Shown here piece by piece: positions 26,893-39,185 of a DNA stretch of 64,000 nt (its first letter is position 1; the number at the start of each line of letters is the position of its first letter). The translations under genes and the position numbers were made by a program. The DNA comes from Camelus ferus (Eukaryota), in the NCBI RefSeq assembly GCF_009834535.1, contig NC_045696.1:99760001-99824000 (forward strand), read 5' to 3'. Under the pieces are notes generated by a model, which saw nothing but the letters and a program-made list of their open reading frames with translations, was not told the origin of the DNA and did not search any database.

Positions 26893-27959
26893 AATTAATC
26901 AAAATGGAGTTTCTCCTGACCTAATGATGTATTGAATACCTTAAAAAGTGTTCACACATAATTTCCTCCAGTGTATGCAATACAGTAAGAAATATAAAAC
27001 TATATTTAGAAAGTAAATGGAAAAATATTTTGCCATATGGTGGTCACATGAATAATGTATTACATTTTAATTGAGAAGTTATAGTTCTTAAATAAAGCAT
27101 TAGTTCGTTTATTTTTTCGAGTTCACAGCAATATTTAGTGTATTTACTTTCTCAAGGGATGTTTTGTTATCTCTTTCATGCTCCACAGGCCTCCATTAAA
27201 ACTAAGATATACCAAACGATCACTAAAGAGTCATTTATCAAAGCCTCCCTTTGCTTTTAGTATTTATGACTAGTGCCCTCAATGTTAAGTGAATAGAATA
27301 TACATTATCCAAGTTACAGTACTTCATTCAGTGGTTACACAATATAGGCATGAATATTTTAAAGGTATGCATAATTGTATAATTTCCACATAATATATGA
27401 AATCTACACATGTGGTATTTTCATTCTCATGTTATATAACGTTCATTCTAATGTCAATTTTAAATCATGTATTTCTAAATATTATATAAAGATTCAGAAG
27501 TTAGTTTAAAATTACTTCTTCCCCTATTCTGCCAAAAAAAAAAAAAAATGGGGGAAAAAAAGGTTAGCATTCATCACTAGTGTTAAGCAAACATAACAAG
27601 ATATATGAATAGAACCAAGTGTGAAGAAAATGGCCAAATTACAACATGACGTATTGATTAGAATCGCTTAAGACCTAATCATTAATGCACATTTGTGGCG
27701 ACATTTTCATAACTGGCTAACAAAAATTATTGGTCCTTCAAGAACTTGAAAAGAAATAAGAAATTCATCCAAGAATTAAGCTTCAAAAATAATACATAAT
27801 AAATCTTTTCAAAGGGATAGGCTGAGTCTCAGGCCAAGTGCACATGACTATATAATAACCTAACTGACAGTTTACTACAGTGTCAGGAAGAAGGTCTGAA
27901 AGCCAGTTTGGGTTAATCTGGAAGCAAAGAGAAAAACTGAAGTTGTGCCCAACTGAGGT

Positions 27960-28450
27960 AGGTGTTACCTCCAAGACTATCTCCAGTCACTTCTGCCTCC
28001 TGGTATTCAAATCCCACAGGATCCCTCCCATATTGTAACAGCATTAGTCGGAATGACCAATAAGTAATGGCAGAAATGATAGTATGTTTTCTCCAAGACC
28101 GGTTTATAAAAGAGTGGGGCTTCTGTCTTGGTTGCTACCTGTCTTCTGTTCCTTGGATCTGGGGACGTCACGTCATAAGCGTCTCCGTGGGGAGGTACAT
28201 GTGGTGAGAAACAAGCCTTCTTCTATCCCCACCACTTAAGTGAGATGAGAAATCTTCTAGCTTCATTCAAGACCTAATACACTTCAGCCCTGGCTAATAG
28301 TTTGACTCATGAAACTCTAAATCAGAACACTACAGCAAAGCTAATCCCAGATTCCTGACCTTCAGAAATTGTGTGAGATAATACATGTTCGTTGTTTTAA
28401 GCTTGTGTTTTAGTTTAATTTGTTGTGTAGTTATACATAACTCATACAAC
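27960..28450 (+). mobile_element. MaLR LTR (MLT1F/G-like)
   Basis: 'ctgcctcctggtattca', 'ccagattcctgaccttcagaaattgtgtgagataata...ttgttttaagc...ataactcataca' (MLT1 3' terminus). Confidence 0.75.
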
Positions 28451-29545
28451 ATCTAAGCATAGCAGCAGAGAGACAGAGAGAGACTAGTGCGCACTAAATT
28501 TTGATCTTCAAACTCACTAACAAGGTCTCTTTTAAATGTGTGTAGATGCACAGTTTCCACCAATAACCTCAAAGACACGTTGGACAGGAACAACTCCATG
28601 TGTTTCACGTGTGCCATGCAATTTAGATGGCTGTTAAGCAATTCATCAATATAATTTCTCCTTTTCTGGTTTAATATTCACCAAGCAACCCTCTGACTGA
28701 TTTGACTTTCCAAGAAGTCTGACCACAAAGAGAAACTGCACTGATCATGCTGGCATGAATAATCACATCACTGGGAAAGCTGCTCTCCCTTCTAAATTCA
28801 ATTGGCAATCTGATTTTAGACATTTGCATTGAAAGACTAGTTAAAACGAATCTGCCGCTGACAGAGCCTGCTTTCAATAGACTGTGAAACTTGAGATTCT
28901 GAGCCTTAAAGAACGGAGCACCAGTTCATCGATGCACAGAACTTGGCGTATTTACAAAAGTGCTATCTTCTTGGGTGGGTAGACTACAGTTCTTCTGCAG
29001 ATGACACTTCCCTTAAACCAACATTCCTTTGTCAGAGCATCTCATGGCTTGATAGCAACATGACAAAAGAAATCCCCTATCTCTTAGATCAAGTGAGAAT
29101 TCACATCATAGTCACATTTCATACCATGGAAGCTCTATGAGGAGAGGGATTCTGTCTTGTTCATTCGTTTGGTATATCCTATTCCCGGTACAGTGAGTAA
29201 TCAGTAAATATTTATTAAATGAATATAAACTTAAATACTACCCAGACATTCCTCTGTGTTTCACCACTCATTTCTCTCCTCATTCCTCACAGAAGCCACT
29301 GCACCTCTTTCCTAATTTCCTCATGCATCTAAAAGTGAAACATCTCCTGTCAGTAAACGACTTGTCTCCTGTTCACCATCAAAATGTGAGTTTCCAAAGG
29401 GAAGATTTCTTAACTTCCTGCCACAAAGTCTGTATCAATTTGTATTAACAATAAGACACATTAACATGCCCTAAAGACCACTCCATATTCACACACACAC
29501 ATATAACTAATTGAGTTAAAGTGATGACTTTCTGACTGGTTCCTA

Positions 29546-30170
29546 TTTTTTTTTGAGTTACAACTGACATATAATATTACATTAGTTTCAGGTGTACAAT
29601 ATAGTGATTCAATATTTTTATACAGTATGAAATAATCACAATACAACCAGTTACCATCCATCAAACAAAACTGTTACAATATTATTGACTGTATTTCCTA
29701 TGTGTACATTACATCTCCATGACTTATTTTATAGCTAGAATTTTATACCTCTTAACTCCCTTCATCTGTTTTATCTGTCCCTCCTTTCTAGCAACTCCCA
29801 TTAGTTCTCTGTATCTGTGAGTCCGTTTCTGCTTTGTTCAACTGTTTTATTTTGTAGATTCCACTTATAAGTGAACTCATAAAGTATTTGTTTTTCTCTG
29901 TCTTAATTATTTCACTTAGCATAATGCCTTTCAGATCCATTTGTGGAATTTGAAAAGGTATGTGCCCTTTCATTCACTGCAGCACTGTCTACAACAGCCG
30001 AGATACGGAAGCAACCTAAGTGTTCATCAACAGATGAATGGATAATGAAGATGTGAGAGATGGAGAGAGAGAGAGATAGATGGATATCTCCACACACACA
30101 CAGTGCACTATTATTCAGCAATTAAAAAAAAAGAATAAACTTTAGCCATTTGCAACAACATGGATGGATC
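29546..30170 (-). mobile_element. L1 3' end with 5' inversion (minus ~29546-29950, plus ~29955-30170)
   Basis: Minus part is a T tail plus 3' UTR and ORF2 end ('MDLKGIMLSEI'); plus part 'gcagcactgtctacaacagccgagatacggaagcaacctaagtg...gcaacaacatggatggatct' is the consensus-adjacent upstream sequence; decayed TSD ctggttcctattttt / ctagcttctaattttt. Confidence 0.85.
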
Positions 30171-30229
30171 TAGCTTCTAATTTTTGTGGGAAATCTACAA
30201 CATCACAGTTGAGCACAATACTGACTTTG

Positions 30230-32330
30230 GCTTTGTAAATGTTAAGTGTAAAGGAATTACATCACTAGCCCTCCTCTACTGAAAACTGTAATTAAAAAAT
30301 ACCAGATGCGTCACAAATTATATAACATTGTTTCTAGGCTTTAGAATAACATTCTGGCTAATAAAGTCCTAGGTCAAAGTTTTTACATTATGAAAGATAC
30401 TGCCCTATTACTCTCAAGAATGTTCTACCACCTTACGATATTACCACTATTTTATGGGAGATTCTAAATCCACACCAACTAGATATTAAAAAATGTTGCC
30501 TAATTAGAAAAAAATTAGAAAAAAATTGCATAAATCCTTTATTTTGTATATTTTTCAATAAAATATTTTATATATTTTTCAATTAAATGTGAGATTGCCC
30601 ACTTTTTTTCATATGTGTTTAATACATTTAAATAGTTTTTGAATAAAATGACTGTTTCTTTAAAGGTTTAAAAAATATTTTTCTATTCATCTATTATTTA
30701 TTGATTTGCATGAGCTTATTCTATAAAATTCAATTTTTTCATATAAAAATATTTTGTTATTACTTATTTGACGCATTTATATTATATCCCTAGTTTTTTG
30801 TTAGTTACATTACTATTTGATACATATAAAATATATGTATTATAAATACATTTATGAAAGCATTAAGTTATAAAGTATACGAATAAAATGAGTACCCACG
30901 TTCACAACTACTTTACATTTACCCGTGAGGTCAATACAACAATTTCAGGAAACTTGACTACAGAGGTTTTTCCATTTCATTCAGACTACATAGCCCTCCA
31001 TTTGTTTACTCCTAGATGTATTCCCGTGTTTATATGGATGCTACTGTGAATGTACCATTTCTTAAAATTCTATATTCTATTTTGGTTTTAAATTGACTTT
31101 ATTCTCTTGTTAAATTCACTATCTAAACCTAGTTGTTTGTTTTTTAGGATTTTTCTGTTTTACATACCATGCTACGTGTGAACAAGGACAGTTTTATTTC
31201 TTCTATTCTAGGCTTTACTTCTTTCTTCGTGCTTCATTGTCATAGCTACGATATCTAGGACAATGACGAATAAACATGGTTAAGTGTGGGTGTCTTTGCC
31301 TTATTCCCAGTCTCTGAGGGAAACTTTTTAATATTTACAACCAGTGAGCTTGCTATTTGCTGTATCCTTGGTATCTTTCATTTAAAGTAATTTAAGCTTA
31401 TTGTTGGTTTACAAATAATTTTTATCATAAAGAGGTGTTATATTTTTACCAAATGCTATTTCTGAATCCTACTACTGAAAGGATTACATGAATTTCTTCC
31501 TTATTTTGTTATCATGGGGAACTATACTCAGTATTTTGAAAATGTTAAACTAATCTCAGATTTCCAGGACAACCACAACTTGTTCCTGAAGTCTAACTTT
31601 TTTTATACGTTGCTTGATGAATTTGACAATATTTTGCTTTGAATCACTACATCCATATTTATGAGAGTCACTGGTTTATAAATATTTTTTATATTTCTGT
31701 TCAGAATTTTTCATCAAAATTTTGTATAAACCAAGGTAGGAAAATTACCCTTTAAAAAATCTCTTTAAATGTTATTTCTATTATAAAAGTTTGATAAGTT
31801 CCACAGTAAATCATCTAAACATGTTTTTCTGTGCAGGGATAGGTATATGCATGTGAAGGATTTAATTACAGATCCAAATATTTTTGATAGGATAGGCCTA
31901 TTCAAATTTTCTGTCTCCTCCTGTATTGGTTTTGGTGACTTCTGCTTTTAAAAGAAACTGTCCGTTTAACCTACGTTGTCAAATTCACTAGCAAATATTT
32001 GTTCATAATATGAGCTTTATTATCTTTTTAAATACCTGCAGAAAATGCACTACTGTTTCCTTTTGCATTTCTGACATCAGTAAATTTTATTTTTTTCTCT
32101 TTCTCTGGGCAGAGATTGATATATTTTACTAGTGATTTCAATGATAGCACTTTTGAATTGGTTATTTCAATTGTACATTTATTTTCTATTTGGTTGTATT
32201 TTCTTGTTTTACCATTTTGTCTATTTTTAGAAAAAAATGTACGTTTACCTTCAAATTTCTTGAGATACATGTAGAAGTTGATATTCAACCTCTACTGTTT
32301 TCTAATAGATGCATCAACGGTATCATTCTC
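30230..32330 (-). mobile_element. Old L1 (L1MD/ME-like) ORF2 and 3' fragments
   Basis: T-rich reverse-strand L1 motifs ('gtgaacaaggacagttttatttcttc', 'gtctttgccttattcccagtctc', 'ggcctattcaaattttctgtctcc'). Confidence 0.75.
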
Positions 32331-33804
32331 TTTCTGCTTAGATGGACAAAATCGTAAGATAGCATGTCTTCCACACAGTCAGAAAAAAGCAGAAAACCTC
32401 CAAAACCATAACTGTTTTTTGTTTGTTTGTTTGTTTGTTTTGGTTTGGTTTGGTTTTTTTTTTTAGCCAAAAACAGCGCTAAGGTCAAAAGGCAACCAGG
32501 TGAACTGAATGTCAAAAGGTTTATAAAAGCTGCCAAGGAGATACAGGTGCAAACTGTTTTTACCTTTCACAGAGCAGTGGAGGACGAGGCGGCCACAGCA
32601 CAGGAGTAAGAAGAAAAGTAACGATTTCACAAGTCCATGACAGCCGGAATAGTGAGACCCTTTAGAATCCACGGGCGTCCCAGACAAGAGCAGAGCCTGC
32701 ACTCACTCAGTTCACTTTTCTCTGCCTCTAAACCCTGTGCTCCTCCTGACTGCAGAGCAGGAGACCTGAGTCCTCCTTTCTGGGGAGGCTGAAGCACCGC
32801 CCACTTCCTGGAACCTGCTCTCAGGAAGTAAAAGCCTTCAGCTGTGCAGACCTGGGCAGGAAGCACTTTCAGCCCTAGGGTGCAGGGAAAGACCTACTCA
32901 CTCTGATAGAGGGGTGCAAATGTTAGGCAGTTGGATAGAAATGAGCACTGGGCGGTGGAGAGGCAGGGGATAGGAACAACCCAGAAAATAACAGTAATTT
33001 TGCACTCAGGATAAGGGACTCAAGAACCTTTTACTTTCTCTAAATGAGGACCAGCAAAGAAGTCGGCTAAAATCAAACACTGCAGTTGCACAACAGAGAG
33101 AAGGACTCGTCTTAACCTGACCCAATGCTCATTATAATGTAATTAACATGACGGTTTGAGCCCCCTCCCATAGGTTTCTCTGTGTGCTTCATAGGTAAGA
33201 ACCTGCCCAAAAGAGGATGGGTGTGTCATCACTAGGAACCTGAGCTGTCAGTCAGCCTGAGAACTCAAAGAACCTGAGCCGCGAATCAATCAATCACGAA
33301 AAAGCCCCTAAGCCGGGATACACAAACGGGAAAGACAAAGTAGCGGCGCCATTTTTCCTCTCTTGCATCGGCCCGCTCCCAGTCCTCCGGAGTGTGCTGT
33401 ATGTTACCACCATTTTACTTCACTAATAAAATCTTCTGTTTATATCACACTTTCTGACTCTCATTAAAAATTCTTTTTTTTTTTTAAGGTGACTAAGAAC
33501 CAAGGCAATTTTTATTTTCATCCTCCCAGTAACAACGGCAGCAGCCTCGCCCCTGTTTTGAGTAAGGGGAAATTGCTGCTCAGGCGAACTGGGAGGTAAA
33601 AGCTGCCTGCACTGACGTGGGAAACTGGAATAACCATCTGCCCACATCAAAAAGCCCTGAACACAGAAACAAACCACAGTCCCTCCACCACCAGTCCCAG
33701 AGAAGGTTGCGGCTACTGACAGGGCAGTCAAGGCAGGAAACCTGACTGAGCTCGCAATCCCGCTTGGCGCTGATACAAAGCAGGTGTGCTGTCACTGGGG
33801 GAGG
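32160..33804 (+). repeat. Tandem duplication copy 1 (~1 kb plus LTR insertion)
   Basis: Aligns to 33803-34786 once the 32921-33534 insert is removed; near-identical ORF translations at 32463/34059 and 32627/34223. Confidence 0.97.
32921..33534 (+). mobile_element. Solo ERV LTR (~614 bp, probably ERV1 class)
   Basis: Present in copy 1 and absent from copy 2; termini TGTTA...TAACA are inverted; AATAAA at ~33424 followed by a U5-like stretch; CpG-retaining. Confidence 0.85.
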
Positions 33805-34786
33805 TTAGCTCAATTCTACATTTATTTTCTATCTGATTATATTTTCTTGTTTTATCATTTTGTCTATTTTTAGAAAAAAATGTACGTTTACCTTCAAATT
33901 TCTTGAGATACATGTAGAAGTTGATATTGAGCCTCTATTGTTTTCTAATAGATGCATCAACAGTATCATTCTCTTTCTGCTTAGATGGACAAAACCATAA
34001 GACAGCATGTCTTCCACAGTCAGAAAAACAGAAAATCTCCAAACCATAACTTTTTTTTTTAGCCAAAAACAGCGCTAAGGTCAAGAGGCAACCAAGTGAA
34101 TTCAATGTCAAAGGGTTTATAAACGCCGCCGAGGAGATACAGGCGCAAAGTGTTTTTACCTTTCACAGAGCAGTGGAGGACGAGGCGGCCACAGCACAGG
34201 AGTAAGAAGAAAAGTAACGATTTCACAAGTCCATGACAGCCGGAATAGTGAGACCCTTTAGAATCCACGGGCGTCCCAGACAAGAGCAGAGCCTGCACTC
34301 ACTCAGTTCACTTTTCTCTGCCTCTAAACCCTGTGCTCCTCCTGACTGCAGAGCAGGAGACCTGAGTCCTCCTTTCTGGGGAGGCTGAAGCACCGCCCAC
34401 TTCCTGGAACCTGCTCTCAGGAAGTAAAAGCCTTCAGCTGTGCAGACCTGGGCAGGAAGCACTTTCAGCCCTAGGGTGCAGGGAAAGACTGTACTCACCA
34501 TGATGGAGGGGTGGAAAGGCAACAGCCTCGTCCCTGTTTTGGGGAAGGGGGAATCGCTGCTGAGGGGACCTGAGAAGTAAAAGCTGCCTGCACTTAAGTG
34601 GGAAACGGGAATAACCATCTGCCCACATCAAAAAGCCTTGAACACAGAAGCAAACCATAATCCCTCGCACCACCAGTCCCAGGGAAGGTTGCGGCTACTG
34701 TCAGGGCAGTCAAGGCAGAAAACCTGACTGAGCACGGAATCCCGCTTGGCGCTGATACAAAGCAGGTGTGCTGTCACTGGGGGAGG
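33803..34786 (+). repeat. Tandem duplication copy 2 (uninterrupted, CpG-retaining)
   Basis: Head-to-tail with copy 1; junction 'gggggagg|ttagctcaatt' has 2-bp GG microhomology. Confidence 0.97.
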
Positions 34787-34809
34787 CCGCGGAGCTCCCT
34801 CAAGCAGGC

Positions 34810-35260
34810 CTATAGGGAAATTTAGAGATGAGTGTTTATATTAGAAAATAAGAAAGGTTTCAGATCAATGAATTCAGCTTCCACCTAAAAAAAAAAAATA
34901 AAATAAAAACAGAAAGAAAGGCAAATTAAGCCCAAAGCAAGAGAAAAGGAGGAATGATGAAGATACAAGAAGAAATCAATGAAGTAGTAAACAGGAGAAA
35001 AAAGCAGAGGAAACGCAAGGAAATCCAAAGTTGGCTCTTTGAAGAGATCGATCAAATTGATAAATCTCTAGTCAGGCTAGCCAAGAAAAATAGAAGACAA
35101 AATGACTATTTTCAGGAGTAAAAACAGGGAGAGTTGCTCAAATCCTACAGAGATTAAAGGGTAGCGTGAGAATATTACACACAGCTGTTTGTTCAAATGT
35201 ATTCAGAGACAATTAGCAAAGCTCGCTCAAGAAGTAGATAAACTATGTACAAATCTATTT
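34810..35260 (+). mobile_element. Old L1 ORF2 fragment (post-endonuclease region)
   Basis: 'gggaaatttag...gcttccacctaa', 'aaagttggctctttgaagagatcgatcaaattgataaatctctag'. Confidence 0.8.
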
Positions 35261-35732
35261 CTCAGCTTCCTTGTACCCATAATGCTATTTACATCAACTT
35301 CCAAATTCAAAACCCTTTCAAAGATATATATTTTAAATAACAGAAACAGACACAAGTAATGCAACACGTTTCTGAATAAATAATATAAAGCTTTAATCAA
35401 AAGACAAGTTTTAAGAAATAAATGCAATGTCAAAGACAGATATTAAATCCTAGACACATGGTGCTCCTAATAGGAAGTCTTTGAATAACTATTAAAAAAC
35501 ATATTCATATTAAAATAGAGTAACTGTTTTGCAGAAAAATAGATAGGAATAAATCATATCAAGAATGTAAGCATTTTCTCTGAGAAGAACACAGTTTACT
35601 AGATATATTGCCCAGGAAGCAGAGTTCTCTTCTGGTGGCTCCGTCAATGATCATTTATCCAAACAATTAAAATGAATTTTTAAATTATAAACTATTAAGA
35701 AAATAATTTTCAAAACAAAAACTCACTAAGCA

Positions 35733-36062
35733 TGCTAGTCTCATGTTACTTACTGTACTGGAACAAACTACCACAAATTTAGTAGCTTAAAACAACACAA
35801 ATATTTTCTCTTACAGTTCTGGAGGCCAGAAGTCTGCAGTCAGCTTTACTGAACCAGAGCCAAGGTGTAGACAAAGCTGCATTTCCTTCTGGAGAGTCTA
35901 GGGGACAATCCATTTCTTTGCCTTTTCAGCTTCTGGGAGCTGCCTGCATTCCTTGGCTGGGGACTACTTTCTTGTATCATTCCAACTTCTTCTTCCCATC
36001 ATTACATCGCCCACTTCCTACTTTTGACCTTCTTGCGCCCCTCTTATAAAGGACTCATGTGC
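35733..36062 (-). mobile_element. MaLR LTR (MLT1B/C-like)
   Basis: 'aacaaactaccacaaatttagtagcttaaaacaaca...cttacagttctggaggccagaagtc...gcattccttggc...cctcttataaaggac'. Confidence 0.85.
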
Positions 36063-36597
36063 TAAATTAATTAATTAATAAAATCCATCACACCAAAATT
36101 AATAAATAATAATTAATTAATAATAAATAAATAACTGGTATATTGCAATTATATTGCACTTGAAATTCATAGATTCACTACGTCTTGTGAATTCATGTCC
36201 ATCAAAATACTAGGCTGAATCTCTCTTCCAATAGTCTCATAACAACTTCAGTGTGTTTTTTGGGTGAGTGGGGGCTCACTTGCTCATCTATGAGTGAATT
36301 ATTAGGCAAAGGAAATCTGATGTTCTGATTGGCTAGGTCTAAACCACATGCTTGTGCCTCTGGGCAGAAAAGAAGCTAAGTTTGCCCAAAACACAAAAGG
36401 TGATCTGGGGAACTTGTGGTTCCTTAGGGAAAATATACATATACACTAGATACTACTAGCAGATGAAAGGGAAATGTATTAGACAGACAAATACAGTTGA
36501 GTTTACCACAGCTCCAAGCCCACAACTGATCCTTGCTGCCCTCCGTTGATTCGGGAGGGAGACATATAAAGGACATGCCAGATAAAAGCTACATTTC

Positions 36598-36643
36598 ACT
36601 ACACATGGACTATGGCCTCAACTACACATGGACTATGGCCTCA
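36598..36643. repeat. Perfect 23-bp tandem duplication
   Basis: actacacatggactatggcctca twice (36598-36620, 36621-36643). Confidence 0.97.
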
Positions 36644-37559
36644 TATCCTATGTGGACTACTGATGAGGTGGGCAACATATGTGGAAAGGACTTTTTACTC
36701 TGGTTGGTTGTAGAGCTTGGGTCTAATGCAAGCTGCTGTGACCCTGGGACCTTTCCCCAAAGACTCACACATGAATACCACCACAATGGTGGGTATAAAA
36801 GGAAGGGTAGACCAACCTATGGAAGAACACATCGCAGAGGAGGGTAAGAGAGAGATTAATTTCTGTTCGTCTCCTTGTCTCACTACCACTGCCTCTCCAA
36901 AAACAAAGCCTCATTTCCCCCTCAACCTGTGTGAAAACCCAGTGCTTCTTTTACAAGACGGACTCAGACAACGTGGACATCTGATGGGAGGCCCGTCGGC
37001 AGATGAATGGAATGGAGGGCAGATTTCCACATGGGAACTTTTAGCGAAGAAGGGACTCTGCTCCTTAGTGGGAAAGGAATATTAATTCAAATCAGAACTT
37101 CTCACATTTTTTAAATTCAGGTCTCCTTTGAAGCAAAATAAAAATCTCATACTCTTTATGTTATCTGGATTTTTCACAAATCAGCACCAATGCCAAGATC
37201 ATTTTCAAAAGCAACAAGGCATAGCTTTAATTTTGAAAGTGGAGATTTAAGCTGGCTGGTCTGCTTGACGCAAGTGCCTCACATCTATAAACTCTGAATA
37301 ATGGAGCGCAGCCTTACCTTCATTCACTTGGAAACCAAGCCTCCTGTGCTGCTTGTTGGTAAATGATCTCAATGTAAAAGGCATGCTAACGAACACAGCC
37401 GGTTAATTTGAATACGCCTTTTAATACTAAGCCTGAACCCAAGGTTGTCTCAGAGTCCCTTCCCTGGGGCAGTGGCAGGAAACAGGGCAAGCGTGAGCTT
37501 CTTCCCCATCCTCACTGACCATCACTCCCTGCACTACTTGTTATTATATTATTAGCCCT

Positions 37560-37825
37560 AAACTGTTATTTTTTGTTAAAGATAATATACATATCATTAT
37601 CTTTAAATTATATTTTTAGCAGATGATACCCGTTTATTTTGTATTATGTTTGCAGCTAATTATTCTCAAATATACTGTATTGTTTAATATGCAAATGATG
37701 TGGCCAGGATGCATCCACGTATCTTTGGCAGTTGGAGCTGGCAGGTATTTTTTCTAATTGGTCAGGACCCAGCCCAGAGTGGTCACTGCCTGTACCAAAT
37801 TGTTGTTAAATATTTTTCAAGCTGT
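37560..37825. mobile_element. Possible hAT MITE (MER63-like) fragment
   Basis: 'gcctgtaccaaattgttgttaaatattttt' resembles the recalled MER63 end. Confidence 0.45.
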
Positions 37826-37929
37826 CTTTTCCCAGGATATTTAGGCAGATCAATGAAGCTTAAAAAAAAAAAAAAAAAAGAAAGAAGTCAAAGTTCATAC
37901 AGGGATTTTGAAAATGGTAAAAGTGACAT

Positions 37930-38900
37930 TCTAAAATTATGTGGCTAGATGAACTACTGATTCTGTAGTATTGGGGCAACTGATTCGTCTTTTTTTAATA
38001 AAAATGAGAAACTACATATTGTTTACAGCTTATTAAAATCCAGATGAATAAATACTTTCAGTATAAATAACTGAAACCATAAAAGTACCAGAGGAAAGGA
38101 TGGGTAAATCTTTATAATCTTAAGACTAAATAAGGTCATTCTAAATTTGTCACAGACCATAGAAGCTAAAAAAAAAAAGTTTGACCATAAAAATTCTCTA
38201 CATAAGGAAAAATAAAACACATCCAAAGAGAGAAGAAAATTTATCATATGTTTGGACTAATATTCAAATAGAAATAACATTTGCAAATCAAAATCAAATG
38301 AAATTATTAATACAAATAACCTGGCATAAAAATATAAAAAGGAAATGGAGAAACTAAACAATAATTACATTGGAAAATTATTAGTAATTTACAACACCAG
38401 ATTTCAAATAATTCTTCTTTCATCATGACAAGTTTAAAGAGAGGCAGTATTGGAAAATGAGTGGAAGATCAGATATTGTTTAAAAACATTTGGAAAGTAT
38501 GTTAGTTTGTTTAATGATTTTGGAAGGCAATTTGGAAGTGTTTATCAAAATTTTAAATGCATGTATAATCCTTGACCCAGCTTTTCAATGTGTCAATGAA
38601 CTGTGTCAGTGAACTGGGTACTAGCTAAATAAGTCATGATAAATCAGTGCAATATTTTATTAGGTTAGCAAGAGAAAGAACAAAGTGATCTTATCTGCAT
38701 TTTCAAAAAATATAATCAAAATAATTCTTAGGTGGAAATAAGACAGAAGCACAAATGATTAATATTATATGATCTATTTCAGTAGAAATATGTTTATATG
38801 TATATATGTAAAGAAAAGCACCAAATTCTTAATAGCAGTTATCTCTAGGATATTTAATTTTTTTACTCTGTTCATGCCCATATTTAATGACTTTTATATT
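37930..38900 (+). mobile_element. Old L1 (L1ME-like) 3' region
   Basis: 'gtattggggcaactg', 'ttttggaaggcaatttggaagtgtttatcaaaattttaaatgcatg...ccttgacccagc'. Confidence 0.65.
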
Positions 38901-38979
38901 TGTTTATAAAAATTGAGTGTAACTTCAACTTTAAAAATTCTTTAAATTATTTTTATAAAGAAATAAGTTTTGGCAACAC

Positions 38980-39185
38980 ACTGGCCTTTATTCAAATCCC
39001 ATTTCCCACACAGATTAACTATGAAATCTTGGACAAGTTCCTTATCTTTAAGCTTCAGGTTTTTCATCTATAAATCTATAAACTGCTTCTTTGGAGTTTA
39101 GGATAGGATGAAGTGTACTTAAAGTGCTTATCCTAGTGCCTGAAATAGAAAGTATTCAATAAATGATAGCTGTCATTATAGTATT
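38980..39185 (+). mobile_element. MIR
   Basis: 'ttcaaatccc...aatcttggacaagttcc...gcttcaggtttttcatctataaa...agtgcttatcctagtgcctgaaatag...tcaataaatgatagc'. Confidence 0.8.

Noticed and set aside
28671..28930. Open minus-strand frame in unique sequence
   Set aside because: No recognisable domain or exon boundaries; may be conserved non-coding DNA but I cannot show that.
36533..37085. Overlapping 104-aa and 122-aa ORFs
   Set aside because: No recognisable family, no splice context, and one contains a 23-bp duplication that is not a multiple of three.
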